Of a stretch of 51,962 nt of DNA, positions 43,876-51,962 are shown piece by piece. The stretch covers positions 1 through 51,962 of IMG/VR virus record IMGVR_UViG_3300048861_000006; one strand, 5' to 3'. How positions within the stretch are numbered: the stretch's first letter is position 1; each line of letters begins with the position of its first letter. The position numbers and the translations under genes were made by a program. Source of the DNA: a virus (Duplodnaviria > Caudoviricetes). Below the pieces are notes generated by a model. The model was given only the letters and a program-made list of their open reading frames with translations, made no database searches and was not told the DNA's origin.

Positions 43876-44392
43876 TCTTCATAAGGCGAATGACATCTGC
43901 ACTGAACTCATCACTAGCACGAGATTGAAATGCTTTCTCTCGGTCAACTTCTTCTTTGCTAGGGCGTCCAGCACCACGAGATTCCCAGCCACGGTCTGCT
44001 AACCATTTGGCTGCTTGAAAATTCCCAGAACTTCCCTGAACGATAAGGGCTTTGATCCCGGCGCACCGAAGCTTATACTCAAGTTCGCTACGCCATTCAT
44101 CGATATGTTTTCGGATAGCCTTGTTATCTTGAATCTTTTGCCAATGCTTCCAGCCCGCAAAAGCAGCATTAGCGAACTCGTATTCCGTAGGGTCTTCCAT
44201 GCTAAGATAAATTCTCTTGATGGAATAATAAACTCTCCCGTTGTGGAAGTGGTCTTGTTCTTTAAGCGAGTAAATTGCATCTTCGTTGTAGGCAAATTCA
44301 AGGAACAGACTTTGAGTCAGATACCGACCCATTGAGTCCGTCATCAAGCTTTTGTCCACTGAGAAGCTGTCTTGCGTGTTCGTATTGGTCAT
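43868..44392 (-). CDS. terS: Terminase small subunit (putative)
   Basis: Immediately upstream of and overlapping terL; AAKWLADRGW...GRPSKEE. Confidence 0.7.
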   Translation of the reverse strand: MTNTNTQDSFSVDKSLMTDSMGRYLTQSLFLEFAYNEDAIYSLKEQDHFHNGRVYYSIKRIYLSMEDPTEYEFANAAFAGWKHWQKIQDNKAIRKHIDEWRSELEYKLRCAGIKALIVQGSSGNFQAAKWLADRGWESRGAGRPSKEEVDREKAFQSRASDEFSADVIRLMKNG

Positions 44393-44816
44393 AGTAGTAA
44401 TCCCGTTCTACAATTACTGCGTCTGCTCTGGCAGCTTCCCTTGCAAGAAACTCTGCATCCTCTCGGAAAAGCTGGGCACCTGTGCAGGACTGTTTAGCAC
44501 TGGCAACTGCACTTGCGACTGCGCTGTTGAGGTCGGAGCGAGTGGGGCGAGTTGACAAGCTGCTAATAGTGGCATTGAGAGAACTAGAAACTTTAGCGAG
44601 CGCATCTTGTTTATCCTTGTCGGCTTGCGCCTTATATGTGTTTAGATCGGCTTCTGATTTAGCTTTGGCATTCAATGCTGCTACAAGTTGATCTTTGTAT
44701 TTAAGTTCAAGAGCATTGGTTGCTGCGGCTACAGCCTTCTTTTCCAGAAGAACATGCACAGCACCTAGACCACCTGTTAGAGCAATTGCAATTGCCAGAT
44801 AGAGTAACCATTTCAT
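44298..44816 (-). CDS. Rz: Inner-membrane spanin
   Basis: N-terminal TM helix followed by coiled coil; after endolysin. Confidence 0.82.
   Translation of the reverse strand: MKWLLYLAIAIALTGGLGAVHVLLEKKAVAAATNALELKYKDQLVAALNAKAKSEADLNTYKAQADKDKQDALAKVSSSLNATISSLSTRPTRSDLNSAVASAVASAKQSCTGAQLFREDAEFLAREAARADAVIVERDYYYDQYEHARQLLSGQKLDDGLNGSVSDSKSVP
44414..44605 (-). CDS. Rz1: Outer-membrane lipoprotein spanin embedded in Rz
   Basis: Lipobox LLAAC, Pro-rich, nested in an alternative frame. Confidence 0.78.
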   Translation of the reverse strand: MRSLKFLVLSMPLLAACQLAPLAPTSTAQSQVQLPVLNSPAQVPSFSERMQSFLQGKLPEQTQ

Positions 44817-45280
44817 CTGTAATCCCCATTGAAAATGGCGGCTTCCTTAACGCGTCTGTTATACAAGCCTTTGCTATATTTACCGTTGACGTATACCCAT
44901 TTGTACATCCCATTACGGGCGTCCTCATATCTCCCTTCATTGAGAGGCTTCAAGACCGTTGAGGACTTGCAGAAGGCTCCTACACCGATATTGAAAGCAA
45001 AGAGGGTTAGGGCGTTATACTGGTTTTGATTGATCGGCACATTGATGCACTGGAGGATGCCATCCCCATGCTGTACCAAATCTTTCTTCAGTTGCTCAGT
45101 ACATTGAGTGGGAGTCCAAGGTTTTCCCATCACAACATCTTTTCCAGTGTGTCCCGTACACACAGTTGGGATACCAGCGATATCCCGATACGGGTCAGTC
45201 TCAGTTCCTTCTAGAGAAGCAGCCCCCGTGATGAGGGCTGCTGAAGTTAAACCGATGAGCCATTTATTTTTTAGATTCAT
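44813..45280 (-). CDS. SAR endolysin (T4-lysozyme-like, GH24)
   Basis: N-terminal weakly hydrophobic SAR segment; E-X8-D-X5-T triad (EGTETDPYRDIAGIPT); GLYNRR. Confidence 0.92.
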   Translation of the reverse strand: MNLKNKWLIGLTSAALITGAASLEGTETDPYRDIAGIPTVCTGHTGKDVVMGKPWTPTQCTEQLKKDLVQHGDGILQCINVPINQNQYNALTLFAFNIGVGAFCKSSTVLKPLNEGRYEDARNGMYKWVYVNGKYSKGLYNRRVKEAAIFNGDYR

Positions 45281-47214
45281 TAGGGCTCAAGGGAAAGGTA
45301 GAAACGATGATCCGAAACAGCAGCCCCCGAAGATGTAACAATCTGAATCGTCAACCAGTCAGTTGAATCAACAGTAAATCGATGTGCTATTGAATCCATC
45401 ACTGATGTGCCTGAACCGGAAATGATCCCAGTCATTGCAGTCGGGACATTATTCTTTAGCACGGTGTAGGTATAAGACTCACCTGGACCCGGAGAGACAG
45501 ACGTAGATACGTGCATTTCAGTAACCAATCCTTTCCTTGATGTAACCCATGAGGTACGTTCCGGGAAAGAAGAAGCTCCTTGAGGGCCGAGATACATAGT
45601 CGAACCTGCTGCCACCGTTCCGGCAGATACCCCCGAAAGGGTAATTCGGTCAGATTGGTTTACTGATACGGTCTGTAAGGGCAGGTTGTTACTACAAATG
45701 AAGTTTGACGAGGACGAACCATTACTGATTGGGCCGCTTGCACCTGTATTGTCATTAAGATCACAATCTGTAATTACAAACCCAGTAGAAGTACCCGGTT
45801 GAATCACAATTGCATAGAGTTGCTGCCCTACGCCAACAGTGGTAGATACATTTCCGATACGGCAACCATTGAATCGGAAGGAGTTGACATTCGGGGAAAT
45901 CACAACACCTGAATAGACATTAGGGCTTGCTGCACTATTACGAGTAATCTCGGTCCCGGTAAAGGAGATATTCGTTCCACCTTGAATCTGAATGCCATCT
46001 TGTCGTGAATCCCGTACCCAACCTCCCGTGAATCGTTGGGAGTCGATATTGATGCCAGTGAATACAATCCCTACACCTTGGCAGTTACTAGACCAACACT
46101 GACTGAACTCATTAGCTACAACGGTCCCTTGCGAGCCATCTAGCAGCCAGTTATTAGTAAGGCAACTATCTCCCAATACTTTACTCATGAACAAGTATCT
46201 TACGTAAGAAGTAGAAGGAGGATTAGCATAGACGCCAGTATTTACTGTTGTAATATCGAGAGTGTCAAAGAATTCCCCGGAAGATTGTTGCAGCCAAAGG
46301 CCAACAGAGGCCGTATTGTTCCCAGTAAAACCGAAGTTGCTAATCTTACCGATCCGCCAGTAAGAACCGGCACCGTCTGTACCCGTTCCTACGAATGGCG
46401 AGAGATAGATGCCATAGTTCTGAAAGTAGAGTACTCGGAACTGTTCAAAGCGAGGTTGGTAACAGCCGTCAATCCGAATGCCTTTATCGAAGTTGGTTAC
46501 TTCGAAATCTCGACAAATGAAATTATCATTCGAATTGACAATCTGTAGGCCGATACCGGTAGAGCCTTGCGCTTGTGCGGTAGGGGCATTACCCTTAATA
46601 GTTAGATTCAAAAGGCCACCGCCTTGAGCATACCCAACATTAAACCGAACACCACCAAGAGTGAGCCCCGTTTGATTAATAATACTGACGCCTACACCTT
46701 GACCAACTAGGTAACGAATCTGACCGGAAGGAGTAGTGAGAAGGTTGGATATATTGTAAGTTCCCGCAGGAAAGAACACCCACTTATTAGCATTGATCGC
46801 TGTTTGAATAGCTACTGTGTCATCAGAAACTCCATCACCTTTCGCACCGTAAGTCTTCACATTTACGAAGTTCAAGGAGGTGATAAAGTCGATAGTCTGC
46901 TGTACAGCTCCTTGTACATTGTTTGCCGTAATGATCTGGTATGGAGCAAACCCAGTGAGGTTGGCAACAGACTGATTGCCGATAGCATTCTGTACGTCTT
47001 GCAATCTTGCCGCTTCATTGGGAGTAGCAGGAACCGGGAGATTCAGGATACGATTACTATTCATATCCTGATTATTGGTCATTTGATTGGCTTCACCACC
47101 CGGATTCTGACGATACAAAACCTTGTTGTTGAACTCGTCCTGAATCTTCTGAAAGTTGGCATTAATAGCTGAGAGGTTAAATCCACCAGCCGGTTGATTC
47201 AATTGAATTTTCAT
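45280..47214 (-). CDS. Tail spike / polysaccharide depolymerase (pectate-lyase-like beta helix)
   Basis: NVKTYGAKGDGVSDDTVAIQTAI, FFPAGTY, Asn/Gly/Ile-rich repeats. Confidence 0.88.
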   Translation of the reverse strand: MKIQLNQPAGGFNLSAINANFQKIQDEFNNKVLYRQNPGGEANQMTNNQDMNSNRILNLPVPATPNEAARLQDVQNAIGNQSVANLTGFAPYQIITANNVQGAVQQTIDFITSLNFVNVKTYGAKGDGVSDDTVAIQTAINANKWVFFPAGTYNISNLLTTPSGQIRYLVGQGVGVSIINQTGLTLGGVRFNVGYAQGGGLLNLTIKGNAPTAQAQGSTGIGLQIVNSNDNFICRDFEVTNFDKGIRIDGCYQPRFEQFRVLYFQNYGIYLSPFVGTGTDGAGSYWRIGKISNFGFTGNNTASVGLWLQQSSGEFFDTLDITTVNTGVYANPPSTSYVRYLFMSKVLGDSCLTNNWLLDGSQGTVVANEFSQCWSSNCQGVGIVFTGINIDSQRFTGGWVRDSRQDGIQIQGGTNISFTGTEITRNSAASPNVYSGVVISPNVNSFRFNGCRIGNVSTTVGVGQQLYAIVIQPGTSTGFVITDCDLNDNTGASGPISNGSSSSNFICSNNLPLQTVSVNQSDRITLSGVSAGTVAAGSTMYLGPQGASSFPERTSWVTSRKGLVTEMHVSTSVSPGPGESYTYTVLKNNVPTAMTGIISGSGTSVMDSIAHRFTVDSTDWLTIQIVTSSGAAVSDHRFYLSLEP

Positions 47215-47228
47215 TTATTATTATTGTT

Positions 47229-48473
47229 TTACCATGCAGGGATATACCGTGTTGTTCCGTTATCGTTAATAGGAATCCACTTGGTAGGATTGCCAGAAAC
47301 AGGCGCATTCGTAAGCGTTCCTGTAGCGGCTGCTGCGCCGTTAATGAAAGCTGTATAAGTGCGAATCAGTGTGGCACTGTTAATGGAAAGGGAGCCTCCA
47401 ACTTGAAGGTTCTCGGCACCTGCTGTAGGAGTGGAGGAGCCGATCTGAAGATTGCCAGCAAGAAAGTTGTTTGCTGTGCCATCCATATAGATATTCCATC
47501 TACCGGATGCAGCAGGAATTTGACCACGGAAGCCATAATTGTTTGCCGCTCCAACGAGGCTAGGCCGCACACGGAATCCATATTGACTAGACACCGTCGA
47601 GCCGGAGCCAATCGTCCCTTGCGCAGCATCGAAATAGTTAATCTCAGTGAGTGTAAACGTTGCGGCTTGCGTAGACGGCTGTGCGTAATTGATACTGGCT
47701 GAAGTGGTAACGCCCGATTGGATAGTGTTGGCGTTTACTATACCGAAAGCAGTAGTTCCACCAGTGATGGGTGCAGAAGTCTGGATGACCGAGGTAGTTG
47801 GTGCAGAGCCTACCCCTATGTTCCCCATCGTCACCCCATTGATCGTGCCGCCTGTTATAGCTATGCTGGTGGCCGATTGGGTAGCCATAGTTCCTAGCCC
47901 GAGATTGGTACGCGCAGTTGTAGCATTCGATAGGTCACTTAGATTATTTGCGGTTGCAGCAGCACCAGTAACATCCGTAACAGCAAGAGTGATATCCCCT
48001 ATACGTCCGGCAACTTTCTGTACAGGTGCCACAGAAGCAGCCTGTGACGCATTGACACCACCAATGTTTGCTAGGGAAGCAGCCGGGTCTACAACATCGC
48101 TCAGATTGCTTGCTTTCTTCAATGAGCTTGTTAGAGTAGTTGTAGCCGAACTGGCCGAAGCAGCCGCGTCTTGAGCGCTCAGGGAAGCTGCATTTGCTGA
48201 AGCAATGGCACTGTTGGAGGCTGCTGTGGCGCTCTCTACCTGTGCTGTAATAGAAACACTGTCCACCAGAACATCTTGCGCGTTAATCGTTCCTACATTC
48301 AGTAGGTTGTTACCATTCAGGTCAACATCGTTTAGAAGCTGATTGGGCTCTGTACCGGGATTCTGCCGATACAGTACCGCATTATTCAATGCATCTACAA
48401 TCTTTGAGAAATTGCTATTCAGTGTCGAGAGATTGGTTCCATTCGTCACTGTAGGTAGGGTAATCTTAGCCAT
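47229..48473 (-). CDS. Tail fibre protein
   Basis: Shared N-terminal anchor, SA-rich stretch, NNLSDL..ARTNLGL fibre repeats, C-terminal YIPAW. Confidence 0.85.
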   Translation of the reverse strand: MAKITLPTVTNGTNLSTLNSNFSKIVDALNNAVLYRQNPGTEPNQLLNDVDLNGNNLLNVGTINAQDVLVDSVSITAQVESATAASNSAIASANAASLSAQDAAASASSATTTLTSSLKKASNLSDVVDPAASLANIGGVNASQAASVAPVQKVAGRIGDITLAVTDVTGAAATANNLSDLSNATTARTNLGLGTMATQSATSIAITGGTINGVTMGNIGVGSAPTTSVIQTSAPITGGTTAFGIVNANTIQSGVTTSASINYAQPSTQAATFTLTEINYFDAAQGTIGSGSTVSSQYGFRVRPSLVGAANNYGFRGQIPAASGRWNIYMDGTANNFLAGNLQIGSSTPTAGAENLQVGGSLSINSATLIRTYTAFINGAAAATGTLTNAPVSGNPTKWIPINDNGTTRYIPAW

Positions 48474-48685
48474 TAGGGCAAGCTGTCCTCATCTTGTATT
48501 TGTTGTTTGCCTTTCCACTCCCGATACCACACCCAAGCCTTATGCCCAATCAGCATAGAAATATAAAGGGCTGTGGCTACATTAATGAAGATGGGGATAA
48601 GGGCGATTAGATTGGCTCCAGACACGCCTGCGGCAATAGGAACTGCTACAGCGGGATTTGAAGCCACATCGGTAATAATGCTCAT
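48473..48685 (-). CDS. Putative holin (pinholin-like)
   Basis: 70 aa, hydrophobic segments, charged C-terminus; the SAR endolysin implies a pinholin partner. Confidence 0.6.
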   Translation of the reverse strand: MSIITDVASNPAVAVPIAAGVSGANLIALIPIFINVATALYISMLIGHKAWVWYREWKGKQQIQDEDSLP

Positions 48686-48717
48686 TGCTTCACCTCATTA
48701 GAAATTCTTTTGCTCAT
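48682..48717 (-). CDS. 11-aa minigene (MSKRISNEVKQ) coupled to holin
   Basis: SD AGGAG; stop overlaps the holin start (ATGA). Confidence 0.4.
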   Translation of the reverse strand: MSKRISNEVKQ

Positions 48718-48744
48718 TTACTCTCCTAGTTGGTCCTTCTCTCC

Positions 48745-48773
48745 ATTTATCGGGCCAATTAGTTATTTATTAC
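48745..48773 (-). promoter_or_regulatory. Candidate late promoter GTAA-N16-CCGATAAAT
   Basis: At the head of the whole late arm; downstream element identical to the 40015 site. Confidence 0.75.
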
Positions 48774-49178
48774 TTCCAAGTCCAATTGTTGACATTTCTC
48801 TGAGAAATTTAGAAGGTGAAGTGCACATAGCATCAAACCCCCAGACCCCCTTGGAGGGGTTTGTGCGTTGCAGCAATCCCGCCTTCGGCATCCCATACAC
48901 GACATAACTACTATAATGTCGTGTTTGATTTGTTACACATTTCTAAGGGAATACCCTGTTGACAACAGCACGCACTACGTGCAATGGAGTTGCCTATGTT
49001 TGGGGCACAATGACCCTGTGAGGCAATATTCATTGGAGTATGCAGGGGTGCAAACTGGCGCAAACCCAAGCTGGATAAGGCTGTACGCCCTACGGGCAGG
49101 TATTAAAAACACGCCTACGGCATCGCTAGATGTGTTGCTCACAATACACATAGGGAATACACCTATAGGTACGTATGC

Positions 49179-49207
49179 TTGACACTTTGTAACTAGATGT
49201 GTAAACT
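49179..49207 (+). promoter_or_regulatory. Sigma70-type promoter TTGACA-N17-TAAACT with ACACTTTGTAAC
   Basis: Perfect -35, 17-nt spacer, upstream of the first early gene. Confidence 0.75.
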
Positions 49208-49248
49208 AGCTTTCATGGTGCTGCGACATAGCACTAACACACTGGAGA

Positions 49249-49674
49249 ATGACCATGGCATTGAACGACAAGCAACGCGAGTTGATTAACAACTGCCTGA
49301 TTGCGATGGGCCAAGAAACAATCACATCGATCCATGATGAACAGATTGCCGCAAACACGATCGATGCACAGATCAATGAGTGCGGCATGTGGGATGCGTA
49401 CGATGCTGCGGATTCGATTCGTGATTCACGTCAGCAGGTTGTTCGTGTTCAATATGCAGACAACAAAGCTATCATCAACGCGCCTGTGTACGCTGTTGGT
49501 GATCGTGTTAAAGAAAACAACTATGGACACATTGGTACTGTGGTTGATGTGCGTAATGATGCGCATGTGACGTGGTACAAGGTGATGTACACGACAGCAA
49601 TGAAAGATGTATTTAGCGAGCACTTGGCGTCTGAACTGTCGCGCCCTGTTCCGTTTGGATGGGACAAGGTGTGA
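49249..49674 (+). CDS. Early protein with C-terminal SH3-like module
   Basis: SD GGAG; YAVGDRVKE...GTVVDV...YKV. Confidence 0.8.
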   Translation: MTMALNDKQRELINNCLIAMGQETITSIHDEQIAANTIDAQINECGMWDAYDAADSIRDSRQQVVRVQYADNKAIINAPVYAVGDRVKENNYGHIGTVVDVRNDAHVTWYKVMYTTAMKDVFSEHLASELSRPVPFGWDKV

Positions 49675-49841
49675 TGTTGAATTGGCACATGCGCGAATAC
49701 TGGGTGACACTGTTAGTTGACGGTGTCTTTCTGGTTCGCATATACGAAGGCAGTGCGCCTATGCATGCTGAAGCAATGGCTAAGCTGGAATATCCAGACG
49801 CACACATCATCAATACACAACCTGCAATGGGATGGGACTAA
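49674..49841 (+). CDS. Small early protein, 55 aa
   Basis: TGATG and TAATG overlaps with neighbours. Confidence 0.6.
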   Translation: MLNWHMREYWVTLLVDGVFLVRIYEGSAPMHAEAMAKLEYPDAHIINTQPAMGWD

Positions 49842-50092
49842 TGACGCTCACACAAATCATTCAAGCCACAGCAGACCGTATGAACAATGTGTCTGTTGAT
49901 GTCCGCACCAACTTCGGAACCGTGTGTATTAAGGATTGTGATGGCATACACGAAGACATCTTTCTTCAGGGTGACGATGCCGTGATATTCATCATGGAAG
50001 CGCAAGCTAATTACAACCAATGTGGTGATGTGACAATGAGTGAGTGCTACGCTCACCAAGCAGAGCAATTTGTTGACAACATCTGGAATTAA
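49841..50092 (+). CDS. Early hypothetical protein, 83 aa
   Basis: Overlapping start; acidic ORF. Confidence 0.7.
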   Translation: MTLTQIIQATADRMNNVSVDVRTNFGTVCIKDCDGIHEDIFLQGDDAVIFIMEAQANYNQCGDVTMSECYAHQAEQFVDNIWN

Positions 50093-50123
50093 CAACGCTA
50101 TCATCGTTTGTTTGGAGCTACAC

Positions 50124-50447
50124 ATGACTATCAAATACAACCGTGCTGCATACATGAACAATGAATGCACGTTCGATCAATACTATTCACAGTTTGTCAC
50201 GCCTGCTATGTGCGACAACATCGGTGTTGCTATCGGTGTCGAGCGTATCAAGCAATCAACAGACGAATCATTCAACGATATTCCGCTGCGCGAGTGGGAT
50301 AGTGTTGCTCTGCTGGTCAAGTCTTACTGCGGCAATGCGATGGCTCACAGTAACGCAAGCACGAGCAACGGTGTTCTCTGCGCTAGCCTGTCTGACTTCG
50401 TGTGCGTCGCTAAGACAGCAGCTAAACAAATCCGTGACAACAAGTAA
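50124..50447 (+). CDS. Early hypothetical protein, 107 aa
   Basis: SD GGAG before ATG 50124; followed by a terminator. Confidence 0.75.
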   Translation: MTIKYNRAAYMNNECTFDQYYSQFVTPAMCDNIGVAIGVERIKQSTDESFNDIPLREWDSVALLVKSYCGNAMAHSNASTSNGVLCASLSDFVCVAKTAAKQIRDNK

Positions 50448-50452
50448 CCAAT

Positions 50453-50482
50453 AGCCCGCTCATCTTGCGGGCTTTGTCTTTT
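50453..50482 (+). terminator. Intrinsic terminator
   Basis: AGCCCGC-loop-GCGGGCT followed by TTGTCTTTT. Confidence 0.75.
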
Positions 50483-50520
50483 GTAAGCTACACTGCGCGC
50501 ATGTACACAGGGAGAACAGC

Positions 50521-50628
50521 ATGCACTACGTACACATAGGCGCTATCATCGTTTTGGTCGCAGTTGTTTTGTCCGCACATCGTTTGTGGACTGGTATCAA
50601 GCTCATTGAACAACAGGGAGAACACTAA
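50521..50628 (+). CDS. Small membrane peptide, 35 aa (MHYVHIGAIIVLVAVVLSAHRLW...)
   Basis: SD GGAG; one hydrophobic segment; read manually. Confidence 0.6.
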   Translation: MHYVHIGAIIVLVAVVLSAHRLWTGIKLIEQQGEH

Positions 50629-50630
50629 CC

Positions 50631-50969
50631 ATGGCTGAAGCAACTCTTAAAGCACTACTCAAGCAACAGGAAGAACTTGCTGCAAAGATTGACGCACTCA
50701 GGCAGGAAGGCAAAGCCAAGGGCGTAGAGCAAATCAAAGCCATCATGGCCGATCTCGATATCACTGCTACAGACCTTGGTTTCTATTCGGTGGCATCCTT
50801 GCCCAATGGCCGTAATGGTCCGCGTACGTTCAAACCTCGCAAGCCTATGGCCGTAGCTGAACCCAAGTATCAAGACCCAGCTACAGGCAAGACATGGAAT
50901 GGCAGAGGCAAGCAACCCGCGTGGATCGCTGGTAATCGCGATGACTACCTAATCAAGAAAGCGGCCTAA
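50631..50969 (+). CDS. hns: H-NS family nucleoid protein
   Basis: N-terminal coiled coil and PKYQDPATGKTWNGRGKQPAWI DNA-binding signature (TWxGxGxxP). Confidence 0.92.
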   Translation: MAEATLKALLKQQEELAAKIDALRQEGKAKGVEQIKAIMADLDITATDLGFYSVASLPNGRNGPRTFKPRKPMAVAEPKYQDPATGKTWNGRGKQPAWIAGNRDDYLIKKAA

Positions 50970-50993
50970 GCGCCCTACTCCACTTGTAACAAT

Positions 50994-51019
50994 GCCCGCG
51001 TTTGAGCGGGCTTTATTTT
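50994..51019 (+). terminator. Intrinsic terminator after hns
   Basis: GCCCGC-loop-GCGGGC followed by TTTATTTT. Confidence 0.8.
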
Positions 51020-51130
51020 GTCCCTTCGATAGTCAAAAGCTATCATCACTTTGTTTGTAATTTATACAAGTGTTGCGTTCCTACTTTGGTAGCTTTTGCT
51101 TTCAACCCGTATCTAGTTGTATCTTTTCGC

Positions 51131-51160
51131 TTGACACTATGTAACAGGATATGTTGTAAT
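51131..51160 (+). promoter_or_regulatory. Sigma70-type promoter (TTGACA-N18-TGTAAT, extended -10)
   Basis: Perfect -35; TGTAAC in the spacer. Confidence 0.55.
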
Positions 51161-51228
51161 ACGTACCTTGATTCGGAAAGAACTACCGGATTAGGGTTTA
51201 CATTAGTCAGATGGTAGTAAGATTGTGC

Positions 51229-51257
51229 TTGACAGAATGTAACGAACATGCAACAAT
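51229..51257 (+). promoter_or_regulatory. Sigma70-type promoter (TTGACA-N17-AACAAT, extended -10)
   Basis: Perfect -35; TGTAAC in the spacer; TG extension. Confidence 0.5.
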
Positions 51258-51416
51258 CTGTCTCACGGTGTTACGAAGATTCGAGCATCAGATGCAGGAA
51301 CGTAAGCTGTTGTTTGTACTGAGAGAACTGCTGCATGCCTTGATGGGCGGCGAAAGCCAGCAGATGTGGTAATCAGGAAGGCTTTCAACGAACGTTTCAT
51401 GTATGTAACAAAACGC

Positions 51417-51445
51417 TTGACACTTTGTAACACAGGCAGTAAGAT
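51417..51445 (+). promoter_or_regulatory. Sigma70-type promoter TTGACA-N17-TAAGAT with ACACTTTGTAAC
   Basis: Perfect -35, 17-nt spacer; would drive the boxA leader. Confidence 0.75.
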
Positions 51446-51599
51446 GCAGGCTTGTAGGATGTACCGAGTAAGCAGTACCACTCTTACATAGAGTGCGGTA
51501 GTAAATGCCGTTTTGAAGTCATTTCGTAAGGAACGACATTATAGTACTAATGTAGGGTAACTGAAAGATATAGTTCGGAATTCGAATTAACTCTTTGGT

Positions 51600-51962
51600 T
51601 AAGCCGGACTCCTGACGATTCATAGCGACTCGTTAGGCGCATTGCTCTTTAACAATACGGATGCATGAACCATCAGTAGATGGAACTCGCCAACACTAGC
51701 CCAGTGGGTCAGTGCGGTTGTGTCGTGCTGGAGATTTTGCCTAGTTGCTAGTCAACGAATATGGCTTAGTAAACCAGTCTCCAATCGTTCTTAATCTGGA
51801 GTGTGTTGGATGTATGTCGGGTGTAAGTCAATGGATGGGGAAGGATGTAACTTTGTGTTGCGTCCCTAATTTCAGTGCATCAGGTGTTGGTTCTTTAACA
51901 ATCGATAGTCGGTTCTCACGCAAGCATTCATCAGACAATATGTAACTGAATGTGACGTAGTG
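51600..51962 (+). repeat. Imperfect direct repeat of the contig start (copy 2), containing boxA-like sites at 51643-51656 and 51889-51902
   Basis: Hand alignment with 1-364. Confidence 0.95.

Noticed and set aside
48765-48793. Additional tandem late promoter GTCA-N16-GTAATAAAT
   Set aside because: Mismatches in both elements and overlap with the better site; could be chance in AT-rich DNA
51836-51962. True physical direct terminal repeat of 127 bp
   Set aside because: The length equals a common assembly k-mer and the junction falls inside a transcribed leader; more likely an assembly overlap, though reads are needed to be sure

Overview
Near-complete genome of a lytic podovirus-type phage, apparently circularly permuted. 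No integrase and no RNA polymerase are visible. The gene set and order resemble PA11/CW02/ICP2-type (Zobellviridae-like) phages; this placement is inference. The + strand runs from about 49.2 kb through the contig junction to 23.8 kb. It carries small early genes, an H-NS-like protein, a long structured non-coding leader with two rrn-type boxA elements, and a phiEco32-type peptide/amide-ligase cluster (2 ATP-grasp, COOH-NH2 ligase, amidoligase, class I and II glutamine amidotransferases). It then carries primase-helicase, an ECF-type sigma factor, a family A DNA polymerase, SSB, exonuclease, ThyX and class I RNR. The - strand (48.7 to 23.9 kb) carries holin, two receptor-binding proteins, SAR endolysin, Rz/Rz1, terminase, portal, scaffold, capsid, tail tubular proteins and internal virion proteins. 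The two arms converge at a terminator near 23.85 kb. The H-NS motif suggests a betaproteobacterial (Burkholderiales-like) host (inference). The main unexplained signals are: (1) the boxA-flanked structured RNA region, present in two diverged copies with structure-preserving changes; (2) a GTAA-N16-YVGRTAAAT motif at the heads of late operons, probably the promoter of the phage ECF sigma; (3) two families of dispersed operator-like repeats in the early region; and (4) the multi-ligase cluster, whose product is unknown. All alignments and motif counts were done by eye.
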